Shown piece after piece: positions 1 through 10,868 of a DNA stretch of 64,000 nt (the stretch's first letter is position 1; every line of letters begins with the position of its first letter). This stretch comes from Bdellovibrionales bacterium. Its GTDB lineage: Bacteria; Bdellovibrionota; Bdellovibrionia; Bdellovibrionales; UBA1609. The translations under genes and the position numbers were made by a program. Below the pieces are notes generated by a model. It did no database searches. It was not told the origin of the DNA and worked only from the letters and a program-made list of their open reading frames with translations. The stretch covers positions 1-64,000 of the forward strand of contig CBDHDF010000004.1 in the NCBI GenBank assembly GCA_965261545.1, read 5' to 3'.

Positions 1-913
1 GATCTCTCGGAAATGATCCCTTTAATATATTCTTCTTCTTTGCGCCTTATTTTATTTCTCATTCGCACCAAATTTTCTCGCTTGATTCTAACGATTGATG
101 GATAAATATTAAAACCAAGAAAGGGAATGCCCTCTGACACAGGAGCTAGCTTAGTTACTCTTTCTTTAAGGCTAAGATTCAGAGTTTCTGCAAGAAATCC
201 TTCTATTTTTTGATGATATTTATTTAGTTCATACTTATCATTTGAAAATGATATAAAATCATCCATATAACGTAGGTAGCTCGGAATTCTGATATGTTCT
301 TTAACAAAATGATCCAAATAATCTAAATAAAAATTAGCAAAATTCTGACTTGTGAGAATCCCTATGGGAGACCCATTCTATCCAAATTGCCAGGCACCTT
401 ATTGTCAATAATTAAATCCAATAGATTCAAGAAATCTTCATCTTTAAAGTTCTTTCTCAATAATTCTTTTAAAATGTCATGATTTATACTATGAAAGAAT
501 TTCTTTATATCGCACTTCAGAAAATACCTAAATTTTCTAGAAAATTTCTGACATCTCCTAACTGCAGAATGAGTTCCTTTACCAGGGCGACAAGCGTAAC
601 TATCAAATATAAATCTTTTTTCAAACACAGGATCGCAATAATTACAAATAGAATGGTGAACCACCCTATCTCTAAAATTCGAACTACAAATTAATCTTCG
701 CTTATGTTCTCTAATTTCAAATTGTATATATGGGCCTGTACGATAGGTTTTTTGGATCAATTCATTTTGTATTTCAAATATTTCATTCTCAAGATTAAAG
801 TAAAATTCTGATATTGTTTTTTTATTTCTTTTCCTTCTCATAGCTTTTTTTGATGCTAACAAAAGGTTATCAAAGGTTGTTAATTCCTCAAAAATATTTC
901 CAATTCTCTTCAT
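1..913 (-). pseudogene. DGR reverse transcriptase, left copy; 1-bp frameshift near 365 and runs off the window edge
   Basis: Near-identical reverse complement of 59422-60335. One C is missing in GGTCTCCCC-ATAGGG, giving ...GLP*. The YMDD-coding segment continues in another frame. Confidence 0.9.
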
Positions 914-1287
914 AGAAGAGACTCCTGCTGCTTCATCCATCCACCAATCATTTTTCCTACCTCATTTATTGATCTAGAAGAGTATTCATAGGACTTTTGT
1001 GACATCATCTTGAGTTCAAAACAAATCCGCAATAAAATTCTCAATTTTTCAAGATTTATATTCATTCTTTTAAGAATGAATATTTTATTCTTATTATAAC
1101 GAGCTTCAACCATATCTTCTACAATAAGTAATGATAGATTTGTAAGATGATCTACAAAAGTAAATCTAGTTTTCTTAGGAAATTTATCAATCGCTACAAA
1201 TAACCACTTCACAAAGTCTACCCACTTTATAAAAATAATTAAATCTTCTTTATTTTTATGAAGAACATTCTTGCTCTGATAACTCAC
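910..1287 (-). CDS. avd: DGR accessory variability determinant (Avd), left copy
   Basis: Protein identical to 59048-59425; overlaps the RT start. Confidence 0.88.
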   Translation of the reverse strand: MSYQSKNVLHKNKEDLIIFIKWVDFVKWLFVAIDKFPKKTRFTFVDHLTNLSLLIVEDMVEARYNKNKIFILKRMNINLEKLRILLRICFELKMMSQKSYEYSSRSINEVGKMIGGWMKQQESLL

Positions 1288-1593
1288 TTGAATCGTCCTT
1301 TAAAACATCACGAACTATAACCTTTGAAATGGATAAGATATCTTTTCCATATTTGTCTACTCTATTTTTTCCTATACCATCAATTTTAACTAAATCTGAT
1401 AGCGTTTGAGGTCGCCTTTTTACTATGTCAGCAATCTGCTGGTTTGTTAAAACTACATAAGGCTGTACAATTGCGCGTATTGCCCGCACTGGTTGCACCC
1501 ATTACCCTCACTTTCCCTATTTCAATGCGTCATTGATGATTTTCCTTCCCATTTCTGGGGAAAATTTTAGTTAATTTGTAATCCTATTTCTTC

Positions 1594-2541
1594 CTATTTT
1601 AGGGAAAAGTCCTGGTCAAGTTTTGTTCCCTGGATTTTTCGATAACTCTCTCCTTTAAGTAAAATTTTCGTAGTGGTCCCTTTAATTGTGCATAGATTCG
1701 TAACTCATTTTGAGAAAGCTCTTTATTTACAGAAGCTTGATGTGTCCAATCTTTTATCAAATTCTATTACCTCTACTCTATGAAAAGAAAATCATTATTA
1801 TTTAATTATTTCAAAGACTTATGGATTTTCATACACAATTAAAGGGACCACTATGAAAATTTTTATGGCGGTATGCTTCAAACGGTCGATGATAGTATCT
1901 GCCAGCACCTCATCATCAATAATTTCTGACCAATGCGTTATTGGCAGTTGAGTGGTAATAACGGTGGACCTATCGGAACGAAACTTTAAAATATCGCAGA
2001 AGTCTGTGGATTCACTTTGGGAGAACTTCCTTAATCCAAAGTCATCAAAAATTAACACTTGGGGGCGGCCCAGACGACGCAAGTAGTTCAAATACCTTCC
2101 TGAGTGCCTTTCCAGGGCCAAGGTTTCTAGAAATATGTTGATGTCTATAAACAGTGTGGAGATTCTGGATTGACAACACTGGTGTCCCAGGCTCTGGGCC
2201 AAGAAGGTTTTACCCACCCCCGTTGGCCCTTCGACAATGATAGACCTTTGCTCCTTAACCCATGATAAAGTTTGAAGCCTATCCATCTCTCTTTTACTAA
2301 TAGACCTTTTGGCATGGTGGTCAAATGCCTCACCTCTGACCTTGTGAGGCAGCTTTGAGGTCTTGAGAAGTCTTTGGCTGAATTGGATTTTCCGAGCCTC
2401 CACTTCTGCAAATAACAGCTCGTTCAATAGATCCAATGCTTGAGTCTTGTGGCTTGTGTTATCCAGCGCCACTTCAAGGCTGTCTAACATTCCATAGAGC
2501 TTCAACTCATGCATGTGGTTTTTGATTTGTACTTCATCCAT
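1594..2541 (-). pseudogene. istB: IstB AAA+ ATPase interrupted near the C-terminus by a MITE
   Basis: Walker A GPTGVGKT and LIFDDFG. Removing 1669-1855 plus one TSD restores ..DRLKHTAIKILLKGESYRK.. Confidence 0.9.
1669..1855. mobile_element. 187-bp MITE (non-autonomous element)
   Basis: 25-bp terminal inverted repeats, 23/25 match (CGTAGTGGTCCCTTTAATTGTGCAT). 8-bp TSD AAAATTTT at 1661-1668 and 1856-1863. No ORF of its own. Confidence 0.9.
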
Positions 2542-3507
2542 CTGGCACCTCCTTGGGGCTTTGGTTATTTGGATTTTCGTTATGTCGCAAATAAGGGTTG
2601 CCTTGTTTACGATCTATTTTCTCGTTCACCTTTTTTATTTTTTGCCCTTTATAGAAATGGAGTTGTTGCTGAAAATATCTAACCCTCCTTTTCTCCCACT
2701 GCTTGCAGTCCTCAAGGGCTTTGATAATGAGAGGAAGGGACTTTTCCTTGCCCTCTTTCTGGATTTCTTTGTGACAGGAGCTTACAAAGCCCATAGCTCT
2801 TCTGAGATTTTCAATGGTCCCACCCTGAAAAAGCTCCTCAATGAAGTTTTCAAGCTCTTTACAAATCATACTTGCTTGAATGAGAATGTTCTGGGGAGTG
2901 GCCTCCTTGTAGGCGCGACTGGGCTCCGGGAGGTGTTCGTTTTTGGTGATGTACTCTCCGAGTTTACCTTTGGTCCTCTTGTGGCGAGCGAGGAGCTGTT
3001 TTTGAAAGTAAATCTCCACACTCTCCACTCCAATTTTTACATCTACATACTCCCCTCGGTGCTGAAACGGAGCCGAGTAGAAGTTGGATTCAACGCTCAC
3101 ATGACAGTCTTGGTGGAGTTTTTTCTTCTCCCAACGTCCCCACCGGTAGGGAAAAGAAGGCAAGGGTTTTAAAGTTTTTACCTCTCGTTGAAATTTTTCA
3201 TTGCGGGAGACCTTAAATCTTGTGTGAGGGCGAGCATTTATCTTCTCGCACACCTCCCTTAAAGCCTTATTAATTTGATCCAGACTGGTGAAGGTCTCTC
3301 GTCTGTACATGAACCTGAGGGCCCTTGTAACGAGCTTCACGGCATTCTCAGTAAGGCTTTTATCCTGGGGACGACGAACTCGAGCGGGAACAGCCACCGT
3401 GTCATAGTGTTCCAAAAGCTCTTGGTAGGATTTATTCAACTCTGGATCATACAAATGGGGTGTGTTCACTCCAGTCTTTAAATTATCAGGAACAACCACT
3501 CTCGGAA

Positions 3508-4898
3508 CAATGCCATTCGCTTAAGAATGGTTGAATTTATTCTAAGACAGGTGTTGTTTCAGAAAATAAAATATGTGACATTATTTTTAAAGGAGCATTG
3601 GAGACTTCAAAATTTTAAATTTACAAAGGAGCGAACAAAATGACAAGTTCGCGTCACAAACCACAAGAATATTATTTCTTATTTACCCAAAGAATTCAAC
3701 AAGAATCACTGCGTTAATGAAAATAAAACTCTAAGAAACAGGAAAATCACCCCAAAATATTTTTCTTTTTCATTCTTCAACTCGCCTGCAATATGACCTT
3801 TGCAGGTTACTCCTCAAATGCCCAAATACTTCAAACCCTTATTGAGGAGTTTCCCTCTCTTGCACAAAGCTCTTTATGTGTCTTCAGACAAAAATATCCT
3901 TTTATTTTTTTAAAGATATCTTCGACAATCGATCTCAAAGACTCTTGGGGGGCACTAAAAACTTATGAAGGATTTCACCTTGTAGGTATTGATGGAGACG
4001 AATATAGCCTTAGTGCGACAGGTGATGCGTTGGAGCAAGGGTATCGTGGTCGCGGGGCTCCTGAAGATAAAGAGACTTATTATCCACGCATGTATGTTGT
4101 AAAAGCTATTCATTTACTATCTGGAGTCATCTGCGGATTTTATCATGCAAATACCTGTAATGAGATTCTAGGAGCCTTAGGAATTTTAGAAAATTTACCT
4201 CAAAAAATCATTGCTGTTTATGATAGACTCTACTTATCAAAGGACTTGCTACAAGCACATCAAGTTCATGGTAGCTATTTTTATCTTCCGCTGCAAAGTA
4301 GGGTCTACATTTAAAGAGATAGTTAATTTTGCGGCAAGCCATATGAGAACAGCAGATGTTGTCTTAGATGGTGTGAGTGTACGTCTGATAAAGATCAAAA
4401 ATCCTAAGACAGGCAAAGATTTGGTCTTTGCCACAAATCTTCCTAAAAAGAATTGGAGTAAGAAGAAGATCGAACAAATTTATCAACTTCGTTGGGAGTG
4501 TGAGACCAGTAATAGAGATCACACTCTTTCCATAAATATGGAATCCTTGCATTCAAAAAGTATTAATGGAGTCTTACAAGAGCTGTATGCCTCATTCATT
4601 CTTAATAATATGCTCCGCCTAGAAGCTCATGAAAATGGAGGTTTCGAGGTAAGTCCAGATACTCCCATTACGAAGAAAGTTAATTTTAAATTTTTAGTAG
4701 AAATGTCTTTTGATTGGTTGGAAAAGATATGGTTTGAAAAAATTGAGGAATTTGTGAATCTGATGAAAAATCTTGTTACAAAAAATATCTCAAAGAGAAA
4801 GAGGATGTCAAGATGGTACGAAAGAGAGATTAAAGGATGTAGGAAGTCCTATAAAAATAGTGCTCTTGTTGTTCGGAGGGTTTAAACGAATGGCATTG
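3508..4898 (+). mobile_element. IS4-family element #1 (1391 bp)
   Basis: 18-bp IRs CAATGCCATTCGCTTAAG (16/18 match). 10-bp TSD ACTCTCGGAA at 3498-3507 and 4899-4908. Confidence 0.92.
3640..4885 (+). pseudogene. IS4-family transposase with frameshifts near 3757 and 4280
   Basis: GIDG, YDRLY and YQLRWECE (YREK-like) motifs are spread over different frames; the shifts fall in homopolymer runs. Confidence 0.82.
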
Positions 4899-5539
4899 AC
4901 TCTCGGAACCCCACCGTAATATTCAAACATCAGAACGTGAGCGTGAAGAAAATCTTCACTGGATTCGCTCAAAGAGCCATAAGCAAAAATACGCTGAGAG
5001 AAACATAGATTTGAGCAAAATATATGGGCCTTATGAATATTAAAGTCTTCATCGATCCACTCTGGCTGAAACCCTGCGTAATCAACCTCAACTTGGTGGC
5101 CTGGCTGAAAATCACGCAAGGTAATAATCCTTTTGCCAGCTTTTGGAAATTGCTTATGAAACTCCCTCGTAAACTGGGGGTAGCTAATGACCTTCAGAAA
5201 TTTTTCCTCCCAAACGTCACTTAAACAATGCCTATCCTCAATCTCCTTCTCAATAATCTTCCAATCTATACCGTAAGACCAAGGGGGAATTTCTCTTTGG
5301 GTCTTCCAATCCTTGGGGTCTGTTAAAAGACCACGTCTTATCTTTCTAAGAGTCTTGGTGCAGCATTTCATGCGGCGACTGATTTCTCGGTCGGGAATAT
5401 TTGCCTTTATTAATGATTTTATTTTTGTGTAACGCTCATGATCCATCTTTGTTCTCATTTCGACCTCCTTGGTTAAAGATTGGAGGTCTTTATAGAACAT
5501 CAATGACGCTATGCTAAGGGGAATCAGTCATGCCAATCA

Positions 5540-5657
5540 GTGCGGGCAATGCCATGCAACTGGTGCGGGCAATGCCATGCAACTGTGAGGGTAATGCCAT
5601 GCAACTGGTGAGGGTAATGTCATGCAATCGGTGAGGGCAATGCCATGCAATTTTACA
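5540..5657. repeat. Five tandem 22-23-bp subterminal repeats of IS21 #1
   Basis: Unit GTG(C/A)GGG(C/T)AATGCCATGCAA(CTG) with no spacers; degenerate inverted copies at 1464-1510. Confidence 0.88.
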
Positions 5658-6140
5658 TAAGGAGGAATACCATCTTTCTTACAACGCTGCGATCTCCAAT
5701 CTCTTAATAAATTAAACAATCCCATCTCGTGTTCAGATAAAGACTTCTTCCAGCTTCTTTCTTTTTGGATGGACCTACTTTTAACTACATCCTGAGCAAC
5801 CGGGCAATACTTAAGTACAAAAACTAAATATGGTGTTTCATTCTTCACAAATAGATAATCACGAGAAGAAACAAGCTCCTTATCTTTTAAAAACTCTCTC
5901 ACTTCATCATCATCAAAACCACCAAGAGCCGAATTAAAAGACAAGGATATGACTTTGATTAACATACACCTCTCACTAAAATAAAACTAAATACGAAGAG
6001 AGGGTTGGCTTTCGCCACGCTCCGCGGGCTCAGCCTTTCCCTCCCTTCTTGCCTTGTGCCCGCCCATGCCTGACGGCTGGCATGCTGAGGCTCGCTTCGC
6101 TTCGCCTGGAAAAGGGTAAAAGTGTAAAAGGGCAAAGGGG

Positions 6141-7955
6141 TTACATAGGCGTCCTCACAAGGCGGAAACCGATAAAGTCCCAGCGATTACCAGGCCGAAC
6201 GTTGAAACGATTGGAAGAGCGCAGGCCGCGAGCGTAGTTGTACCAACCGCCACCACGTATAACACGGTTAGAGCCATTTTTCGGACCTCTAGGGTCTGTG
6301 ACAGGACCAAAATCATACCAAGGTTTAGAATACTCCTCCTCATACCAATCTTCGACCCACTCCCACACATTTCCATGAACATCATAAAGCCCTAGGGGAT
6401 TGGGGCTCAGCAATCCCACGGACCTTGATTGTCGGCTTTGTTTGCCAGATCGAGAGTTCCCACTATACCAACCATAGTTTTGAAGTTCTGAAGGATTGTC
6501 ACCAAAGGAGTAGGCTGTTTTTGTGCCTGCTTTTGCACCACCCCTGGCTGCAAATTCCCACTCCGCTTCCGTAGGCAAACGGTATTCATATTTGTCACCG
6601 TGGGACTCTCTCGCCCTGCGATTGTACTCATTTATAAATTCTTGGACGTCCTCCCAAGACACTCTCTCCACAGGATGATCGGCGCACATTGAAACTCCAT
6701 CTTGTTCCATATAGCTTTCTTGGCAATGCTCTTCTTCTTGGAATCTTGAAGGATTTGTCCCCATCACAACAAACCACTGCCATTGAGTCACCTCTGTGGT
6801 GCTTATTTCAAAGGGCTTAGAAATTGTTACTTTATGAGGGGTCTCATCCGAATCTCGATCTTTTTCAGTCTTAGGACTCCCCATAGTGAAAGAACCTGCG
6901 GACACGGGGACAAAACCATATTGAGACAAGCTTGGTCTCACATAGGCTCTCAAAACACTGTATTCAATGCCCGTTTTGTCTTTTGAATAAAGACGTGTGT
7001 TCATCCGAGGGCTTCCTATCACTTCATCCACCAAGCTTTCAATGACTCCGTTAAGAACTCTCACGGCAGAAGCAAACTCCTGCTTGCTGTCAATTTTTGA
7101 GTCAAGTTCTTCAAGGTTTTTTTCTTAAGGCAGCTAATTGTTTTATAAGAGATCCTGCATTTTCTTCTCCATAGGCGTCTATGAACTTTTCTATGCCTGA
7201 GACCTTTTCCTTGGCCTCATCTCTTTGTCGAACGAGGTCATGGACGGAAGCTTCCATGCCCTCTTTATAGGCTTTGACCTGCCGAGCCTCTTTGGGACCT
7301 AGGGTAGGAAGCTTATTAACTCTTAGCACGGATTGAAGGCGACGCTTAAAGTCACTGACAAGGACTTTTCTTATAAGTGCACCATCGGGCCGCTGGCAAT
7401 CACTCACCTCATTTATAACAGAACCCACTTCACACTCTTGGATCACAATCTTATCTTCTCCTTGGTGGCTTTTTTCTTTATAAAATAAAATCACATCACC
7501 ATCGGGGCCTACAAGATTCACAGAAGAGGGCCTTCTTTTGTCACCCCTCTTATCACTATCACCTCTTTTCGTACCATGAGGACGAGATCCACGAGGTCCG
7601 CTGTGGGAACCATGGCCGCCATGGGAACTATAATGACCTTGGAAGCCAGATCCATGGGGTAACTGGAGTCGGCCTCCTGATTTTAGGGTGATTCGCCTCA
7701 TCTTTTCTTCATGCTTACGAACCACAGCCTTGTAGGAAGCGGTACGGTCTTCTGGTGTAGAAGAGTCCCCTGATGGATTTGTATGATTCTGGTTCTGATT
7801 CAGACCTTTGTCTTGACTCTCTCGGCTCTCTTTGCCCTCTTGGCTCACTCGGCTCTCTTTGCTCAAAAAGGCACATGAGGGCAAAACCATCAATAGTGAC
7901 AATAACCACAAAAGCAATAAAGGTCTCAGGACCTTATGGGTTTCATTCCTTTCAT
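6141..7955 (-). pseudogene. DGR target gene, left copy: lipoprotein with C-terminal FGE-sulfatase/CLec domain; frameshifts near 7928 and 7120
   Basis: FTMGS, HPVERVSW, RLPTEAEWE, GLYDVHGNVWEW and GFRL motifs; LPSC lipobox; two 1-bp indels relative to the right copy. Confidence 0.9.
6154..6278 (-). repeat. DGR variable repeat VR1
   Basis: 125-bp ungapped match to TR 60446-60570 with 13 mismatches, all at TR adenines. Confidence 0.96.
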
Positions 7956-8173
7956 TTTTTGATCTCCTTTCATTTTTTGCTTTGGCGGCACTTTACTTAA
8001 CTCTTGCCCTCTTTAGCCATTGACTTGAAGCCATAAACTCACCCACTATCTGAACCAACCTTAGTCTCATTGACTCAAGCCTACCTACTTGACTTTACTT
8101 ATGTCACTAAGTCATTGTCGACACAAAATAGTACAAACTTGAATTTCTAGACTTTGCGAGGACTCCACTGACA

Positions 8174-8674
8174 TTGCCGCCAAAGAAAACCTCAGAAAAA
8201 AGAAAACAACAGTCTCAGTCCCATAATGCTCTATTCAATGAAACTTTCCTGAATGAGAGATATTGCCTAGACATTTTCCGTCTTGTCTTGACGACACAGG
8301 AGTTTAAGCTCTTTAACTGGAAAACTCTCAAACCAGAAATAACTGTCTTTACAGATGAAGAGGGCAATGAGCGGCGCATTGACCTTTTATTCTCAGTTCA
8401 AGTCAAGGGGTCCCAAAAACGGGTACGTCTTTTTTTTCTGCTCGAACACAAAAGTCATCAGGATTCTCAAGTTCTCCAACAAATTCTGAGGTACCAGACC
8501 CTTGTTTACAATCGCTGGAATTATCCGGTCATTCCCATACTGGTCTATCACGGACGACAAAAACACTGGAGGGGTCCCCTGAATTTTCAAGACTCTCTGG
8601 ATGGACTCACTCCCGTTTTAAGACAAAAATTTGGGAAGAATATCCATGATATAAACCTTCGTATTGGGTCATAA
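8174..8674 (+). pseudogene. Rpn/YhgA-like PD-(D/E)XK putative transposase, C-terminally truncated
   Basis: HNALF.., RIDLLFSV, LLEHKS and VIPILVYHG motifs; only 166 aa. Confidence 0.75.
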
Positions 8675-8750
8675 GTAAACGACGTTGGATCGAGTAAGGG
8701 GCGAGCTCACAGAACTTGCATACGGGTCCGTACACAACTCCTAAGAATGA

Positions 8751-10187
8751 CTAAAGTTCAGCAGAAAATATCCGGGTCTTTCGTTCGATGGACACTGGGA
8801 TTCTGAGATAAAATTGACTGCCCTCTGCCGAAGTCCAATCAATGCCAGCTTCACCACCATGGGCATACATAATATGACGGACAATGGACAAACCAAGACC
8901 TGTGCCTCCCTTGTCACGGCTTCGCCCCTTATCAACACGGTAAAAGCGTTCAAAAAGTCGAGACTGTTGAGTTTCCTTTATTCCTGGTCCACAATCCCTT
9001 ACAAGAAGGTCTATAAAATTATCAACTCGACGGGATGAAATCGTCACTGTCGTGTTTTTAGGACCATATTTAATGGCATTATCCACCAAATTCACCAAAG
9101 CTTGTATCAACAAGGTGAGGTTTCCCTGAAATTCTGTAATTTCTAAGTGCTGGGCCTCAATGGAAATGCCTCTGTCCTGCGCCTTTTGTGAACAAACTTC
9201 TATGGTTCCCTTGACAACATCTTCAAGGTAAGTCCACTGCACATTAGAAATACGATCTCCCTTTTCTAGCTCCGACAATACCAATAGATTATCAATCAAA
9301 GAATCCAAATGATCCGCATGTTTTTGAATAACTTTTGAAAATTGTCGAAAATGATCTTGAGATTGAAGAGCCGGATTTTGCATGGTTTCAGCATAGCCCT
9401 TAATAGACGTAAGTGGCGTTTTTAGTTCATGGGAGGCATTGGAAACAAACTCTTGCCTATGACGCTCCAATTTTCTCAGCTCAGAAACATCCACAAGTAC
9501 AAATATGGAACCACGAAACTTAGCTTTGAGGGAAAAAATAGGACTGGAGCGAACAATAAAGACTCTTTCTGAAACTTTGTTCTCATCAAGAATGATCTCT
9601 CTTTTCTGTTTTTCCTGACAAGCAGCTGCATGTTCAATAAATTCCCTTAAACTAGATAATCCAACAATATCTTGCACATAAAAATCCTCTTTCATCTCCA
9701 TGTGAATACCTAAGATTTCTTTGGACGAAGAGTTCATGTGATTAATGCGCCCCTCTTCATTAACAGAAATCACCCCCTCATCCATATTCTCCAGAATAAC
9801 CTCTTGTTGTATTTGCCCCTTAATGACAGCCTTTTGACTGCTCCTAAAATCTCTCACAAGTTTGGAAAGAGTTGATGCTATGGATAAGATTTCTTGGGGA
9901 GTTCTTTTCTTCTTTTGAAAGGAAACTTTCAAGTTCCCCTCAGTGACATTTTCGATATAGGTTTTAAGATCTTGCATGGGACTAAGAGCTCTTTGTAGGA
10001 CCCACCAAAGGAAAATACCAGAAACCAAGAAAACACAAATAACAAGAAAAAACTGTAAAGGCTGCCAAGACAATAAGCCCAAAGTTGCAACCATGGCAAA
10101 GACAACAACACATAAACAGGGAGGGAAAACACACCATATATATGTTTTAATGGGAGGCACCATCATCAAAGCGATAACCCACTCCAT
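8751..10187 (-). CDS. phoR: PhoR-like sensor histidine kinase (TM-HAMP-PAS-HisKA-HATPase)
   Basis: FVSNASHELKTPLT, NLVDNAIKY, FERFYRVDKGRSR, GGTGLGLSIV. Confidence 0.85.
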   Translation of the reverse strand: MEWVIALMMVPPIKTYIWCVFPPCLCVVVFAMVATLGLLSWQPLQFFLVICVFLVSGIFLWWVLQRALSPMQDLKTYIENVTEGNLKVSFQKKKRTPQEILSIASTLSKLVRDFRSSQKAVIKGQIQQEVILENMDEGVISVNEEGRINHMNSSSKEILGIHMEMKEDFYVQDIVGLSSLREFIEHAAACQEKQKREIILDENKVSERVFIVRSSPIFSLKAKFRGSIFVLVDVSELRKLERHRQEFVSNASHELKTPLTSIKGYAETMQNPALQSQDHFRQFSKVIQKHADHLDSLIDNLLVLSELEKGDRISNVQWTYLEDVVKGTIEVCSQKAQDRGISIEAQHLEITEFQGNLTLLIQALVNLVDNAIKYGPKNTTVTISSRRVDNFIDLLVRDCGPGIKETQQSRLFERFYRVDKGRSRDKGGTGLGLSIVRHIMYAHGGEAGIDWTSAEGSQFYLRIPVSIERKTRIFSAEL

Positions 10188-10851
10188 GCACTGTTTTTAT
10201 ATGTTGGCCCGCTTGCCCAAGCTTTTTGCGAAGACCCACCATCTGAAAGTCAATGGACCGATCCGTCACAGCGTAATTATCCCCATGAATCTTATCTACC
10301 AGTTGATTGCGTGTAAAAACCCAACCCGGCCGGCTCATAAGAGAATGAAGAATTCTAAACTCCACCTTCCGCAACTGAATTTTCTTCCCATGAACATGAA
10401 CCTCATGCCTCCCAAAGCATATATCAATACCATGAAGGCTTATGGTGTCCATCTTTTCCACCTGCCTTTCCCCACGCTTGAGAACAGTTTTCACCTTAGC
10501 CACAAGCACTTTGGGGCTAAATGGTTTTGTCATATAATCATCAGCCCCCATTTCCAAACCCTGTAGAATATTTTCTTCAGAAACTTTCGCTGTGACCATA
10601 ATAATGGGAAGAAGTTTAAACTGAGAATACTGACGAATCCAGCGACAAAGATCCAGACCACTGAGGCCAGGCAACATAAGATCGAGAAGAATGAGGTTCG
10701 GGCAACTCTCAATGAGAGCATCAGGAACAGATTCGCCTCGACTAAAGTGCTGAGTGCTTGCTCCCTCCAACTCTAAGTTAATACAAATAAATTGTGCAAT
10801 ATCTCTTTCATCTTCGACGACAAAGATCTTTTTTCCCGACAATTCACCCAC
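10147..10851 (-). CDS. phoB: PhoB/OmpR-family response regulator
   Basis: Receiver LLDLMLPG and GADDY; winged helix IKTVHGVGY; adjacent to the phoR-like gene. Confidence 0.8.
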   Translation of the reverse strand: MGELSGKKIFVVEDERDIAQFICINLELEGASTQHFSRGESVPDALIESCPNLILLDLMLPGLSGLDLCRWIRQYSQFKLLPIIMVTAKVSEENILQGLEMGADDYMTKPFSPKVLVAKVKTVLKRGERQVEKMDTISLHGIDICFGRHEVHVHGKKIQLRKVEFRILHSLMSRPGWVFTRNQLVDKIHGDNYAVTDRSIDFQMVGLRKKLGQAGQHIKTVHGVGYRFDDGASH

Positions 10852-10868
10852 AAAAACTCCTTAAATAC

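Larger units (their letters stand above)
2534..5458 (-). pseudogene. istA: IstA DDE transposase split by IS4 (pieces 4909-5458 and 2534-3507)
   Basis: PGHQVEVDYAG...YYGGVPRV|VVPDNLKTGV...RPQDKSLTE motifs; AAGGAGG RBS before the ATG at 5458. Confidence 0.9.
1464..5657 (-). mobile_element. IS21-family element #1 (istA-istB), itself interrupted by an IS4 and a MITE
   Basis: Ends TGTACAATTGCG.. and TGTAAAATTGCA.. (rc). TAAGG is duplicated at 1458-1462 and 5658-5662 (one extra base at 1463). Contains istA and istB ORFs. Confidence 0.92.
1256..5965 (-). pseudogene. HRDC-domain DGR accessory gene split by IS21 (pieces 5658-5965 and 1256-1462)
   Basis: The two pieces rejoin at ...DGIPPY|VVLTNQQ... 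to give the intact 58570-59079 protein. Confidence 0.92.

Noticed and set aside
362..913. RT copy differences caused by adenine mutagenesis
   Set aside because: Three differences are A versus C/G, but C/T differences also occur and the RT lies outside any TR.
5540..5657. Possible CRISPR array
   Set aside because: Units are contiguous with no unique spacers, there are no cas genes, and they form the IS21 terminus.
1..8160. Left copy as a simple assembly duplicate of the right copy
   Set aside because: It has a different VR, different insertions with their own TSDs and many in-frame differences. A strain chimera cannot be fully excluded.
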